Assembly (NCBI GenBank): GCA_951406725.2
Contig: OX597823.1
Coordinates: forward strand, 15,872,001-15,936,000
Direction of reading: 5' to 3'
DNA: 64,000 bases
DNA from: Octopus vulgaris
Taxonomy: Eukaryota
Program-made: the position numbers and the translations under genes
The notes under the pieces: model-generated
What the model saw: the letters and a program-made list of their open reading frames with translations, nothing else
Told to the model about the DNA's origin: nothing
The model's database searches: none
Shown: one piece after another, positions 25,302 to 39,700 of the stretch
Numbering within the stretch: position 1 is the stretch's first letter
Layout of the letters: every line of letters begins with the position of its first letter

Positions 25302-26015
25302 AGAGAGAGAGAGAAAAGACGCATCGACAGGAAGAAAAATATATAAACAAACAGCTGAAATGAGCTTTGTCACTGAAAACTATAGTGATGATAACGATGG
25401 TGGTGGTGGTGGTGGTGTTGTAGTGGTGGTGTGTTGATAGTGAAAATTATTTTTTTAATTGAACTAAATCTATGATACTATTCTTCTAACTCTTCATTCA
25501 TACTTCATGCCTTCGTTTGCTAGAGAGGAGGAGGTGGAGTGAAAGAGAGGAAGAAGGAATGTCAGAGTGAGTGGGTGCCTGAGAAAACAGATAGCCAGCC
25601 GAAGCATTATGCTGTCACACAAGTGGTTAGTAGAAGTGATAGGTGAAGAGAAAGGGAGAAATGGTAAAGACACGAAGAGGGGAATTACGTGGTTAAAAAG
25701 TTTGTTGAAAAGGTAGAAAGAAAAAGAAGGAAATAAGGACATTTTAAAATCATATAATATATTATTGTAACTAGAAGTAAAATAACTCAGCAAAGAAAAA
25801 AATGGAAATTATCCTTTCTCTTTTAAATAGCTTCTCTTAATCTTTTTCGGGGTCTTTGTGATTTTCGCCGCTGTTTAGAATCTTTTTCCATTTGTTTTCA
25901 AATTCGGTATATGGGTTAAGTTTTGTATACTAACTATGGAAATGAAATTCATTTTCCCTATAAATCCATAATTAAAAGTTATTAGCCTTTAAAATTTGCA
26001 AAATGATGGTATTTT

Positions 26016-26139
26016 AGCCAATCAGAAGCGAGTATTTTAGACATCACCGAGGTGAAGAAGTCTGTTTCTATAGTAACCTAAGCAAAGAAGCAACACGTGT
26101 TCCATAGCTTAATGCGAAGGACTCTGTTTCTATAGTAAC
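26016..26139 (+). promoter_or_regulatory. CCAAT box plus two identical RFX X-box-like motifs
   Basis: agccaatcag at 26016-26025; gtttctatagtaac at 26064-26077 and 26126-26139 fits GTYNCYATRGNAAC. Confidence 0.4.
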
Positions 26140-27202
26140 CAAAGATGCTGCGCGTGTGCACAAAGAGTGCAACCACTACTTGTTCCATAATTGTTTGTTT
26201 TCATAACAGATGGGACTCACACTCAACAAATTGGAAGTACCTGGACATGGTTGACTCTTATCTTTGTGAATTTATGTGAAGGAGATACGAGAAAGATAAT
26301 TTATTTTATAAAATCCTAGAGTGCATTGCAAACTTTCGTTCTTGAATTATTTTAACTAATACATGCCTTTTTTAAATAATGTTTTGACTGTTATTTCCAA
26401 CAACTCCTGTTGGCTTGTTCGTAGCTTTTGAATATTCAATTTGCCAGCGGATGTTTTAATATTAACTTTGCTCGTGTATATTTTAATGTTTTGACTGTTA
26501 TTTCTAGCGACTCCAGTTGGTTTGTTTGTTCATAGCTGTTAAATATTTAATTTGCTCGCGTAGTTAGTTAAATGTTTTGACATACCGATGCACCCACCCC
26601 CGATGATGGAAGAGGCAGCGAACCCGCTGTTTTCTGATTGGCTGAAGATTCTGAAATTTATCAAACTTTGAACGCCTGTAACATCTTTGCAAAATTTTTC
26701 TGGAATAAATGAATAACAAATTCGGATTCAGCGTTAAAAAATTACATTTAAATGATACATTAGAAAAATGATGAAAGCCACAAAGATCCCTTTTTCGAAA
26801 TGTGAAATTTCCATGGGCTCCACTTGTAATCATTAATATATTTATTGTTGCAAAAAAACGTAGTGTGTGTACTAAATGGTAACGAGGGTAAGATTCTCTC
26901 AAAACAATTCTGGATACGTCACTGATGTTGTTTGTAATGTGATAAACGTCATACACAGTCTTCTAAGTAACGAAAGTCGTGAGAGACGTCACCTTTATGT
27001 GTGGATTTGAGACTAAATACATTATATGCGTGTGAATGTGTGTATGTGTGTATTTGTATGTCAGTGTGTAAGAACACACTGATACATATTCATCATTCAT
27101 ACAAACACACACACACATACATATATATAAATATATATATGTATAGTCTGCTATTGCCTGAAGCTGCTTTCGTCTGAAACTTTATGCAGTTTCGACTTAA
27201 GC

Positions 27203-27293
27203 ATGGGTCTGGATTTCTATGATAAACTCCACATTCAAATTGCTTGGAAATTAAGGCAACAGAATCGCTTTTTTAACCCAAGATGTGATGAAG
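27203..27293 (+). CDS. Candidate first coding exon of an unidentified host gene
   Basis: agcATGG start, MGLDFYDKLHIQIAWKLRQQNRFFNPRCDE+G, strong donor AAG|gtatgt, phase 1, compatible with the exon at 33666. Confidence 0.4.
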
Positions 27294-27645
27294 GTATGTT
27301 GTCTGTCACGATCGAGATGATCTTTTATTTTAATGGCTTCGGCTGGAGAAGGTTGCGGATCTTCATGGTCTGTCTTTGTAGGTCCTCCAGCACTTCGAGA
27401 TCGATACATTTCATGTTCCTATTGAATAAACTGCAAGTAGATTATGGATAAGGAGAGGATTCCAGAAGGAAACAGTTTGGGAAAGAAGGAAAGTAAAACT
27501 GTCAAGAGTGGGTGTTGAGGTGAGAGTGAGATATGGGGTGAACGCAGCGTGTGTCACGAGATGAAACCCTAGTTTACCCAATTAGAATCGCTGTTCTTTT
27601 ACAGGTCTCTGTCTATCTCTGTCTCTTTGTCTCTGTCTCTGTCTC

Positions 27646-27647
<2 letters not shown>

Positions 27648-27715
<68 letters not shown>

Positions 27716-27788
27716 CATCCATCCATCCATCCATCCATCCATCCATCCATCCATCCATCCATCCATCCATCCATCCATCCATCTATCC

Positions 27789-27883
<95 letters not shown>

Positions 27884-27896
27884 CATGTATCTATCT
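27648..27896. repeat. (TCTA)n/(TCCA)n array 5' of the LINE
   Basis: Read directly from the sequence. Confidence 0.95.
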
Positions 27897-27897
27897 C

Positions 27898-29415
27898 ATT
27901 GCACGTTCGGTCCGTCAGGGATGCCCCCTCTCGGCGCTTCTATACGTATTGACTCTTGAGCCACTACTGCGGAAGCTGGCGACTCTAAGGGGCATCCCGC
28001 GAGAATTGGGATGCGGGACGAGCGTGTCTGCATACGCGGACGACGTCACCGTCATAGTGTCAAGCCACGAGCACATCGAGCGGGTCGGCGAGACACTGAA
28101 AGACTACGAAGCGGTGACAGGAGCAAAAATCAACCGGGAAAAGTCAGTGGGCTTGCGGCTCGGCACCTGGAGAAGCAAGCCCATGCCGTCCACCAGTACC
28201 TCCGTCGTGGAACGCTGGACAGACGGCCCGGTTGAGTTGCTCGGGGTCTGGTTCGGTCCGGACCTCCAAATAGAGAAGAACTGGAACGAGATAACGAGTA
28301 GGGTGGTCACTCTCGCCAAGCAATGGGCCGAGAGGAAACTGTCCCTAAAAGGTCAGGCGGAGGTGGTGAACGCGTACATCGCGTCCATCATCTACTACCG
28401 CCTGACCGTCGTACCTTGTCCTGACCCTACCATCACCAAACTAGAACGCATCCTCTTCCGCTTCTTGTGGAAAGGATGCGTCCCGATGGTCAGGCGATCC
28501 ATTTGCTGTCAACACCCGTTAAAAGGAGGGCTGGGCATGCCGTGGTTGATGATGCGCAGACACGCGCTGAGACTGCGACATCTCCGGCTCTATGTAGACG
28601 ACGGTGAACAGGTGTGGTCGCCGTTTGTGAGGCACGCATTCCCGCAACTCGTCTCCATGACCGAACTACAGTCGTGGATCAAAAAGAGGCCGAGGAAGGG
28701 CGAATGGCACCGCGAGTGTCGCGTTGCTCTCAAGCAACTCTGCCGTCCCGGGTCGACCTTGAGTGACTTCAACACAACCAAAGCATTCTATAGGGGATTA
28801 GTGGAGGGGAGGTACGACGACGAGCTCGGGGCAAATCTGGGCGTCGACGAGGAATACCTGACCCGCCTGTTTCAAACGACTTTCGGCCCGGGACCTATGG
28901 ACAACTTCCAGAGATCCCTGGCCTGGCGGTGCTACCGAGAAGCGCTACCCGTTCGGGATAAGCTCTATAGGCATGGCTCGAGAAACACGGGGCCGACCTG
29001 CCAGAGATGCGGGCAGAGCGACGAAACCGCTCTGCACGCAATCGTGCAGTGTCCAGCAATTTCCCACCTGTGGGCTTATGTCGAACGACTGCTGTCACGT
29101 GTGGGACGAGTCGATTTATCAGCCGAGTCTATCGTTAATATCGTCACGCCTCCTTCCTTCAAACGGGAAGGAAGAGCTATTTTTATACTTGTGGCTATGG
29201 CGAAAGAATGTATCTGGTGGACGCGCCTGAAAGGATTAGAGACAAACACTTTCCTCTCTGGTCAATCTCTCATCAACTTCTTCAAGTATCACTTGAAGAA
29301 AAAAGTGAGAGTAGAGAGGCAAGTTTTGTCTAGTGAATGTTTTAAAAAAAGATGGGTGAATGTAGCAAGGATGGCACGTATGAATGACGAAGCCACCTTG
29401 ACTATGATTCTATGA
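27898..29415 (+). CDS. LINE ORF2 fragment: reverse transcriptase C-terminal part plus CCHC zinc finger
   Basis: Uninterrupted frame with [35 protein letters not shown] and [18 protein letters not shown]; no N-terminus. Confidence 0.9.
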   Translation: MARSVRQGCPLSALLYVLTLEPLLRKLATLRGIPRELGCGTSVSAYADDVTVIVSSHEHIERVGETLKDYEAVTGAKINREKSVGLRLGTWRSKPMPSTSTSVVERWTDGPVELLGVWFGPDLQIEKNWNEITSRVVTLAKQWAERKLSLKGQAEVVNAYIASIIYYRLTVVPCPDPTITKLERILFRFLWKGCVPMVRRSICCQHPLKGGLGMPWLMMRRHALRLRHLRLYVDDGEQVWSPFVRHAFPQLVSMTELQSWIKKRPRKGEWHRECRVALKQLCRPGSTLSDFNTTKAFYRGLVEGRYDDELGANLGVDEEYLTRLFQTTFGPGPMDNFQRSLAWRCYREALPVRDKLYRHGSRNTGPTCQRCGQSDETALHAIVQCPAISHLWAYVERLLSRVGRVDLSAESIVNIVTPPSFKREGRAIFILVAMAKECIWWTRLKGLETNTFLSGQSLINFFKYHLKKKVRVERQVLSSECFKKRWVNVARMARMNDEATLTMIL

Positions 29416-29770
29416 ACCGTAAAAATTAATACAGAGAGTTGTTTATTTGCAAAAAAAAAAAAGAAATATAACATGTGACTTCATTGACCGAGGTTACCGT
29501 GGTCTTTTCCGTAGGCTTTTCTTTCCACGGGTAAACCTCACCTGTCCTCCCCTTTACACTTCATATTGACATTTCTGTGATAACGATCCCTATTCATTTT
29601 TTTGTCCCCCCCACTTTTTTTAACCCCTCCCTTTTTTGTCCTCTTTCTTTCCTTTTACGATCCCTTTTGATCGAAAACCACCACTCCCTTTTTTTTTACC
29701 CCCAAAAGAAAAGCTCTACCTTGTAATTTGTTCTATCTGTGTGCAGCCCTGTGTGGCTAATAAAGAAACA
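27898..29770 (+). mobile_element. 5'-truncated Tx1/L1-clade non-LTR retrotransposon
   Basis: Starts inside the RT domain, has a 3' UTR with aataaa at about 29759, and is embedded in (TCTA)n on both sides. Confidence 0.9.
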
Positions 29771-30183
<413 letters not shown>

Positions 30184-30618
30184 CCCTGTTTCTGTGTATC
30201 GCTGTTGGATTATCTGAAATCATGTTTAATCCAGTTGGTATCCTTATCCTTTTACAATAGGTTTCCCCGTCTGTTTCTCTTTCTGTTTTTTCTTCCTCAT
30301 CTCCTTCCCATCTTTCTAGCTAGATTGAGATTTACAACCTAGATGGACCGAGACAAAAGTGTTCCATTATGATAGTTTCTACGTATCTTAGTTTCTTTTT
30401 TCGAATGCGGCACAAGCGAAAAAAAAAAAAAAAGAACCGAAAGATCTTGTTTTCGATTTATATTTTTGCAGCATTTTTAATAACAGTGCCTTTGACGCTT
30501 CCGACTTCTTACACTGGCGAGAAGAAATTATTCCTAGAACACCACTAAAGGGTGTTCTAAGGATTTAGTGTTAGGTGATGATTTTAAATGTTTCTTTGGG
30601 CAGGAGTGGCTGTGTATA

Positions 30619-31026
30619 GGCGCAGGAGTGGCTGTGTGGTAAGTAGCTTGCTAACCAACCACATTGTTCCGGGTTCAGTCCAACTGCGTGGCATCTTGGG
30701 CAAGTGTCTTCTGCTATAGCCCCGGGCCGACCAATGCCTTGTGAGTGGATTTGGTAGACGGAAACTGAAAGAAGCTTGTCGTATATATGTATATATATAT
30801 ATATGTATGTGCGTGTATGTTTGTGTCTGTGTTTGTCCCCCTAGCATTGCTTGACAACCGATGCTGGTGTGTTTACATCCCCGTCACTTAGCGGTTCGGC
30901 AAAAGAGACCGATAAAATAAGTACTGGGCTTACAAAGAATAAGTCCCGGGGTCGATTTGGTCGACTAAAGGCGGTGCTCCAGCATGGCCGCAGTCAAATG
31001 ACTGAAACAAGTAAAAGAGTAAAAGT
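30619..31026 (+). mobile_element. SINE family B (reference copy)
   Basis: ggcgcaggagtggctgtgtggtaag...gggttcagtcc (A/B boxes), tail agtaaaagagtaaaag; the first ~16 nt are duplicated just upstream. Confidence 0.9.
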
Positions 31027-31349
31027 TAGATGATGTGTATAATAGGTAGTTTAACTTGAAGACACGATTGCTAGACACACTCGAATACTTTGCTGGTATC
31101 GAATGCAGAAATACTGCTTTCACTAAATTCCGTGAGGGCGAGAGCCACTGGGAGTAACATAGGATAGTTGGTCTCAAGTAGATCCGGCAGTACAGAAATT
31201 ACATTGGTTGTCGTTACTGGTGGGGGGAGATGGAGAAGTGGGAAGAAAAGACAAAGAAATAGAGAAAGAGAGAGAGGGAGAGGGGGAGAAAGTGGAGATT
31301 GGGAGATACGAGGCGTTAGAAATTCTGGTTGTTAACGATCACCTCCTTC

Positions 31350-31481
31350 ACCTTTGATACAATGCAAGTGAGAACGAAAAGGTAAGCGGAGTTGTTCTGC
31401 CATAGAATGGGACATGCTGAGAGTGTTTCCAAAGATTTGGATAGGGTTCTGGAGTGAGAATGAGAGAGAAAAAGAGAAATG

Positions 31482-31539
<58 letters not shown>

Positions 31540-32450
31540 GTGCGGGGATTGAAAGGTTTGGCTAGGATTGAGATTATCTCCGGGACACATGATTTGAGGG
31601 AAATTGAAGGAATGCTGTCAGATATGGTGGCATTGTTAATTCGAGGCGTCGAAAGATTATTTCGCACTTGTTCGGGTCGTTACCAACACGTGTTTTTTTT
31701 CCTTTTGGCTTAATATATCTTGGACTAATTTTTGTATATGTAGTTTTGTATGGTGCATATTTGAAGGAGATTTGACTGCTATTACAATTTAGATCAGCAA
31801 CCACGTAAAGGTTCACGCACTGGCCGCTGATAGTGTATGTATTATTGATCCTGGCCAGCATTGATTTATCAAATCCATACCCCAAGGTGTTTCATTTGCG
31901 ATAGTTCTGTGTTTTTACACACATCGAATGTAATTAGGATAGTATTATCCAAAATGTGTTCCCCTTTTAACACAATGAAAGCAAGATTTGAGTGTTATAT
32001 CTTGCAGGCCGATCGGCGATTGAAAGACCACTCCATTGGACTATGAAGAAGATATGTTTTTGGTATGGTGGTGGGCAAGAAATGTTGGATTTATAAATCA
32101 TGCTAGCACCGTAGATAAGGTGAGGTTTCCTGATGTGACATTTGTATTCACATGAAGTCCATAGCCAAAGCTCTTTTTAAGACTTCCAAAAATAGTAGGA
32201 GGAAGAAAGAAAGTTATCTTTAGGCTGTAGAGTTGGATAAAATCTTTGTAAGGGAATGGACTAAACTAAAGCACTCAAGGGTCAGGTGGTCGGGTTAACT
32301 ATCTCCGTAAGTAGATGTGGTCGGTTGAGCGGATCCAAACCTTCCACATGCAATGATCTCTCCATAATCCGGCATCAGACGAAAAGTTTTATTTATGCTC
32401 TACTATAGCTAGCCAAAGCTAATGATGCCCCGATGGTAGAAGAGTATGTT
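31350..32450 (-). pseudogene. Heavily decayed CR1/Jockey-like LINE ORF2 remnant
   Basis: Fragments NATISDSIPSISLKSCVPEIISILAKPFN (pre-RT motif) and LYVVADLNC (GDFN-like endonuclease motif). Confidence 0.45.
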
Positions 32451-33665
32451 TGTTGAGGGTAATTGACACCTATTAGAGTAAGAAATGTGACGCAAGTGAA
32501 TCTAAGCAGCCTTCGGTGACAGTCTTGGCAATGATGAATAGAATAAAGATTAATACACAGGTAAATATTCCAATGAAACACCGTTTATTTATCTTGTTTA
32601 AATAACAGATCCCTTTCTGAATCACAGAGATCTATACTGTTATTGTTGCTGTTGTGATGGCGGCAGTGCATTTCAAAGGCAGCCCTAATTGAACAGACCT
32701 AAAAGATAGATAAGAATAAGCCTGATACTTATCAATGATTTTCGTAGTATTAAGCAGATGTGAGATAAATATTTTACATGATATAACAATGTTCTTTCAG
32801 AAGAGGCTTTTCCTTTTTGGGAGAAACTGAATTCTACGCTGTACGTCACCAAATACTGGTCAAATTCAACATGTTGCTGCTGCTTAGAAGTGTGAACCCC
32901 ACTAACAGCCAATTAGATCGAATCCTTAAAAGAGTGGTGGATACGAAAGTGAGGCTGTGACAGGATACAAACTACCTACGACCCATTGTTTTTTCTGATT
33001 AGCCTATTAATTTAGCAACCTTTCGTATCTGAGATTCTTTTACTCTTCTAATCAAGTCAACTAATATTGTTTGACTGCAACCCAAAGATATTAATCGATA
33101 AACCAACCAGGTATTTCTCTTAGGAGTAGATATAGTCGAATGAGATGAACGTTTCAGTGGTCTCCAATAAGCCTTGTGTCATGGCCAAATGCATTTAAAT
33201 CTTGTATGCATTTGGTCCAGAAATCTCACTGTTTCTGTGAAATAAATATTTCGTAATCCTTGTAGAACAACAGAGATCCAAAGACCTTGTGCTTTATATT
33301 GGTTTCTGTAGAACAAAGCAAATGAGAGACAAATCTCTCCTTGACTACAACATTGGCCTCGTGTAGGTAGAATTTAGTGTGCTAAGATTTAAATTAAATA
33401 TTACAAACCAAGCACTCGTTACTTCCATAGTACTTCCGCTGCTTAAGGATTTGGGGACAGATTGGTACCTACTTAGTTTAATGCTATTGACCATTGAGAA
33501 TTAAGTAACTTAACGATGGACAATGCATTAGAAATGACAGACGTACGAACCATATGTATAAGAGTTAATAAAAAAAATTAAATAGATAAAATTAGATTCG
33601 AAGAAAGAAAATGAACAAGTAATTGAATAACTGTAAAATTTATTTTTGATTTAAATATTTTCTAG

Positions 33666-34228
33666 CGATTCTTGCAGCAGAAAAAGTTAAAAGATATGCA
33701 AGGCTTCACCCAGGCGAAGAAATACCTTCGTATATTCGCCGGAGAAGGAGAAATATATATGAACTATTACCCCATCCACCGATACTCGCACACAGATTAT
33801 ATAAGAGACCATTACATAAAATACAACCGTTAAAACAAGATCTTAAGTATCCTCACCTTCAGAGACGTAGACGTCTCTCAATAAAAAGCGAACAGCTGAA
33901 AACAACATTGTTGCAAAATTGCGATATCCGACCGTACTATTTAAATGATTTTGAAAAGAATGAACAATTTTACCAGAATGTGTTTCCTCTACTTGGTGAA
34001 TGGAATAAGGACAACGAGTGCTCTTTTGTACAATATACAGAGGAAAGTATTGAAAGGAAAACGAGCGAAGACCAGAAAATATTCTGGAAAAAGGCAAAAG
34101 TATCGCAACAAAAGTACAGCAATAAGCTAGATAAAATGTTGAATCAGTTGATGGACGAAAAACTAGTGGTTTCAAAGACTAATCTCTCTTCAGATGTGTT
34201 TTATCCCTGGAAATGGAAAACAAAATAA
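33666..34228 (+). CDS. Candidate terminal coding exon (186 aa open frame) of an unidentified host gene
   Basis: Acceptor ttttctag| then CG+ILAAEKVKRYARLHPGEEIPSYIRRRRR... runs open through the listed ORF 33908-34228 to TAA. AATAAA overlaps the stop. Confidence 0.5.
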
Positions 34229-34392
34229 AGATAGCAACAACATTATTACCAACAACAAATATAGCAAGAAGAAAAACAAGATGTAAAGGACATTAAAGAG
34301 AGGCCATACAAATGTATATGGGGTGGGAAAGACGAGTTACACAAAGACGAAGGGAGGCTGAAGTATAAGAAAACATTGATTAAAACAAGATA

Positions 34393-34905
34393 TCTATATA
34401 TATAAAACTGTAGTTGTGTGAGTGTCTGTTCCCTTCGATTTAGATTCCTAACTACTCCCACATTTTGCGGTGCAGTTTAACCAAATTCGGGTATCTTATA
34501 GTCGTGATTCATATCAAGCCCTTCTGGGTATTAGCACGCGTCTACAATGAGTCTACGATTTAAAAAATAATTTAACATAATTTTTTATTCCATTTTAATG
34601 CATAATTTTTCGTGTGTCGACGGCGGCGGAGTTGGCGTCCATGGTCACACCTGCACCTGTTTGCTTCTCCTCCTTCTTCCTTCCCTCGTGAAGCTGTGGA
34701 GAAGGGAGTGTAAGGAAATCAACGTCGTAAAGCGTTGTCAAGGAGACCAGCGTTCTTTTAGAACAACGACTTCATGGCTTGAAGTCACCAAAACAGAAAT
34801 GGCTAAAAAAGCCCGAATTGGCATCTATAAGGGAAGTAACTCTCTAAAAATGCTTACATAGTTATTTCCCTTACAAACCCGAGCAACGCCGGGCGATACT
34901 GCTAG
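34393..34905 (+). mobile_element. Non-autonomous Helitron with an extra GC-rich internal segment
   Basis: A|TC...CTAG|T; 5' part and 3' end match 8231-8626; different insert at about 34610-34828. Confidence 0.85.
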
Positions 34906-37340
34906 TATACACATAAGATTGAAATGTTCACTTTTGTTGATCATGGCAGCTTGATTGCGTTGTTTCCCCGCTACGATATTTCTTTAATTTATCATTGAAG
35001 ACTTACTTGGTTGTACGGACAAATAAGGACTCAAGTTCTTTGATAGTTGACAGATAAAATGATGTAAGTATTCCAGGTAACTTTTTCTAATATTTTATCA
35101 TTTTCGGGTTCTCTGTTGTTTGATCCCATCTCCAGCCCGATCAGCTCTTTGTCAAGATCGTCCTCACGGATTTCTTAAAGGTTTTTTTTTTTTATTGCAT
35201 CTTCGAATGGTTGTGAAGACTATTTAATTCGTGTAGAGGGATGGATTGTATATCACTTCAAGTAGGTTTCCTGTCATAAGAGATAAGACTCCTCTTCATC
35301 AGTAGGTGCTTCTCTTGCCGGAAGACAGGACTTTTTCACAAGAGATTGAATCTTCACCGAAGAGCATCTCCTCATAAAAAGTATACCCACGCTTTCTAAT
35401 AGTCTTTAGTTTCCTGATCTTGTTCGGTTTCCCTCTAGGCTTCATCTAATGGATGGAATAGTACTTCTGTGAAGGGCTGCTTCTAGGTCGTTTAATTTTC
35501 GTTGTTGTTGCTGTTGCTGTTGCTCTTAGGTTGGAAATGGACGTTCTTAAGGATTCTTGGTTAACTTCTGGAGACAGAAAGATTTATTTAATGACTCCAG
35601 AGTTTTCTTGGTGCCGCCTTTGGACCCGCAACAGCTATTGTTACTATTGTCATTGGTTTTGTTCTTTTAAACCTTCTGGAAGAAAAGACCTTAAATGTGT
35701 GACAGCCAGGCTTTTTGCTCCGCATATTGAGATTTAGTGCCTTCCTCCTAGAGGAGTCTACTACAGAGCAAAACAGGGGTACTGTCTTGTGGTCTTGAGG
35801 GATCGTGAGAACTAGAATGTTTATGATGTCCTTACATGACCACATATAGCCGAAAGTCACGCCTACTATGACTACCGTTCCTTATTGTTATACGAAAGAA
35901 GCTACCAATATATCCCTTATCTCCTTGACAGTGGTTCATGTGATTGTCTTTTCGAATGTTGTAGAACAAGTTTATGAGAAAGTATATTACATACAAAATT
36001 GTGTTTGCGTTTTAGCCTAGCTCTGTTTTAACAATGGCACGTATGGTGCCATATTCCACACCTCTTTCAATAAAGGGGATTTTATTCAATGTATATGTCA
36101 GGGCTTTCTGAGAGACTTTTTGGATGGAACAAGGAAAGCACCTGTGGACTTTGCAAGGCACAGGTAAACTGCTTTCATACACTTGTGCACCTCTGTGATA
36201 GATTGGGACAAGTTAGCACTCGTCTTGTGAACAAAATACTGCCATACTTTAGCAAAGTGTATAATGTCTCAGGCTTTTTTGTTCAAAAGATCGCTTGCGA
36301 ACGATGGTCCTTAGCGGGAGTTCGTCACACATTCGGTTGACAAAGTACGTATGTGCATTATTGTCGTTAAGTAGTTAGTGTAAGCTAAGATTGTAAAAAC
36401 CACAACGGAGACGACGTAGCCCTCTACTTACGCTGCCTAAACTTTCAATGATAGCTTCCTCCCTGTCCATTTTTGGGTAAGTATAGCCAGTCTATTTGTT
36501 ATTCCGACTACTTTAACCTATCCGGCTGTCGAGCTGAAAGCTCATCACTTGTTTGGGTTAATTTTGATCCTTGCCACTGCATCGTATTCCTTTAGAATAC
36601 CAAACATTTATTTTGGTAAAAAAAACATTTACAGAGTTCTAAGGATGTGAGAACCCAGCAAAGTTTTTAACCAAAATATGTACAAATGAACACGTAGATA
36701 CATACGCGCAAAACAGGAACTTAAAGATTTAGGCACCCATCCAACATATCCACCCCGCTAAAACTCTATACACATGAAACCTCTACACAAAATTCCAACC
36801 GTACACAAATACCAGCCTCTGATTTCCGGCAGATATTTTCACCAAACTCTTGTTACCCTATAGTATCAGGCGTGCTGTAACATGCCAGATACTTTGGGGC
36901 CAAGAGACATAGCACTTGATAAACCCTTGCTCAGTACACCTCCCGTAAGTTCATTTCGATTTTTTCGCAGCACAAACAGACCAGCTATGACTATTTAACC
37001 TCCACTAACTAAGAATAGCAGCCATATTTTTTATTTTTTCCATATCTGCCACCTCTGAGGAGCATGTGGTATTACTTAGCTGTACTGCTATCTAATATCC
37101 TGTTATTTAATAACCAGTGCGAAACGTGCCCTCATATATTATGTGATAGAGTGAGTGTCGCAAAGCATTCTATCTGATACTCTAACAATCCTGCCAATAC
37201 ACGGTCTTTAGATACACGCGCATGCGTGCCGTATGTATTTTCTTAGAACAAGAGATAACATCGGGGGAAATCAAGGAAACAACTCAGCTAGATTCCTGGT
37301 TAAATCTGTTTCACTCCAATTTTGCTGTTAAAGCAGTGGG

Positions 37341-37401
<61 letters not shown>

Positions 37402-37560
37402 ATCATTACAGATATAGGGTAAAGAATTATTAATTTAATAATTAAGACATTTTACCAAGTAGTTTCGGTATGAAAAAAAACCATTATCAGTAGAAACTTT
37501 TACAAAAAAGTTTTTTTTATATATAATTATAATTATATATATACATATATATATATGTAA

Positions 37561-37593
<33 letters not shown>

Positions 37594-37696
37594 TGTATGT
37601 ATGTATGTATGTATGTATGTATGTATGTATGTATGTATGTATGTATGTGTGAATGTATGTATGTATGTATGTATGTGTGTGCGTGTGTGTGCATGT

Positions 37697-37735
<39 letters not shown>

Positions 37736-38736
37736 TGTGTGTGTGCATGTGTGTATGTGTGTGTGTAGGATAAGATATTCTTGAACTGTAGTGTAGTATA
37801 ATATATTGTAGTAATGGTGTAGTAGGTAGTGTAGTATAGTACATGTATGGTACGACAGACTTCTAACAAGTCCACTTCGCGATCATGAAGTCCTGAATAC
37901 GATGCAACGCGCAACATTTTGGGCAATGATTTAGTGAGTGGTGTTGGTTAGACGGAAATTGTATAGAAATCTTCTCAGGTTGACTGATTCTAGGCCTTCC
38001 CTGCCTAAAGTTCCTTCAATTCTCTCCACATCTAGAATGGACCATTTTCCTTCTACAGTTTCATCTGTAACATTTTCCCTTCGTCCATACCGCTACTTTA
38101 CACAGTCGTTCGTCCCTTCCATGTTCAGAACTGATTCGTCCATACATACAAAAATGTTATCTACTGTATTAAAAACAACCGTGATTTACTACACGAAAGT
38201 GAAAACTATCGCAGGGTTGCTGATTGTTTAAAAATTGGACGTCCGACGAAATAACACCGTATCATGAATTCCCGTTGCCCATACTTCAACGCTCTAGATC
38301 ACACGAAGTTTATAATTCAATGAATGGGTAGTTCAGTTTATCGCACAACTGACGATACTGTCCGCTGAAAGCGACAGATAGTCGCATACGTTACATACTT
38401 TAGCATATGGAAATGTTGGTTTTTTTCGTGATCGACTCTAACAGAATTTAAACTCAAAGTCAACAGCCCAGACTGAATTAATCCAAATATATACCATTTC
38501 TAGCAATTACTTACATTACGTTAACCTTTTAACGATAGATATGTTTCGTATAAATTCTTGCAGTCGAGGACAGAAGAATGCAATGAATGCCTAGGAAAGG
38601 TCTAAAAGGTCAGTTCATTCTAATTTATCTCTTAGTGCAAAAAGGCTAGAACAATTGGCCGAGGACTTATTTGACAATGCAGAAAAATGTGGATTCTGTT
38701 TCGAAAGAAGAAGTCCTGCAAACTTATAACAACATT

Positions 38737-38937
38737 TTTCTACTATAGACACAAGGTCTGAAGCTTGTGGGGTAAGTGGACTTGTCAGTCTATCATATCG
38801 ACCCCAGTGCCCATTTGGTGCTTACTTTATCGATCCTGAAAGGATGAAAGGCAGAATTTGAACTCACGTTGTAAAATCAGAAGAAATACTGCTAAGCATT
38901 TTGTCTGTGTGAGCTAACGATTGTGCCAGTTCGCCTC
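38737..38937 (-). mobile_element. SINE family C
   Basis: Reverse-complement homology to 2657-2868. Confidence 0.7.
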
Positions 38938-39274
38938 CAAACATAATAATGATATTTGATATAGGCAAACCGCTGTCAATATACAAGCAACGGGAATAGA
39001 CTACTATATTGATCTCACTTACCTGCTATTTATTTTATTAACTTCCACAAAGAATTAAACGGGTGAAATCTATCTTATTAGGATTTGAACTCAAAATGTA
39101 AGGGACGCAACTAGATATTGCAAGGAATCTAATCTGTCGCGTTTCTGATCTTATACTCTGCATTGCACAAGTTTGGAAAATTAAATACTTTACATAGAAC
39201 AGATTCCTTAGACAGAGAGTAAAGAAAGGCGTATGGAAACACCTAAGAATGATTACAATATTATGTTTAATTCA

Positions 39275-39316
39275 ATACATACATACATACATACATACAT
39301 ACATACATACATACAT

Positions 39317-39353
<37 letters not shown>

Positions 39354-39700
39354 TACATACATACATACATACATACACACACACACATACCTACATACAT
39401 ACACGCACACGCACACATACATACATACATACATACACTTACACACACATATATACATATATACATACATACATACATACACGCACACGTACATACATAC
39501 ATACACGCACACACACATACATACATACATACACACACCTACCTACCTACATACACACATACATACATACATACATACATACACTCACACACACATATAC
39601 ATATATACATACATACATACACACATACATACACGCACACATACATACATACATACATACATACATACATACATACATACATACATACATACATACATAC
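39275..39700. repeat. (TACA)n/(CA)n microsatellite
   Basis: Read directly. Similar arrays at about 1115, 1740, 37565, 40660, 51970 and 53495. Confidence 0.95.

Noticed and set aside
35262-35306. Minus-strand CTGATGA...GAAAC
   Set aside because: No convincing stems I-III; likely chance within a decayed coding-like remnant.
34950-36650. Possible minus-strand gag/ORF1-like remnant
   Set aside because: Too many stops and no clean zinc knuckle to support a call by eye.
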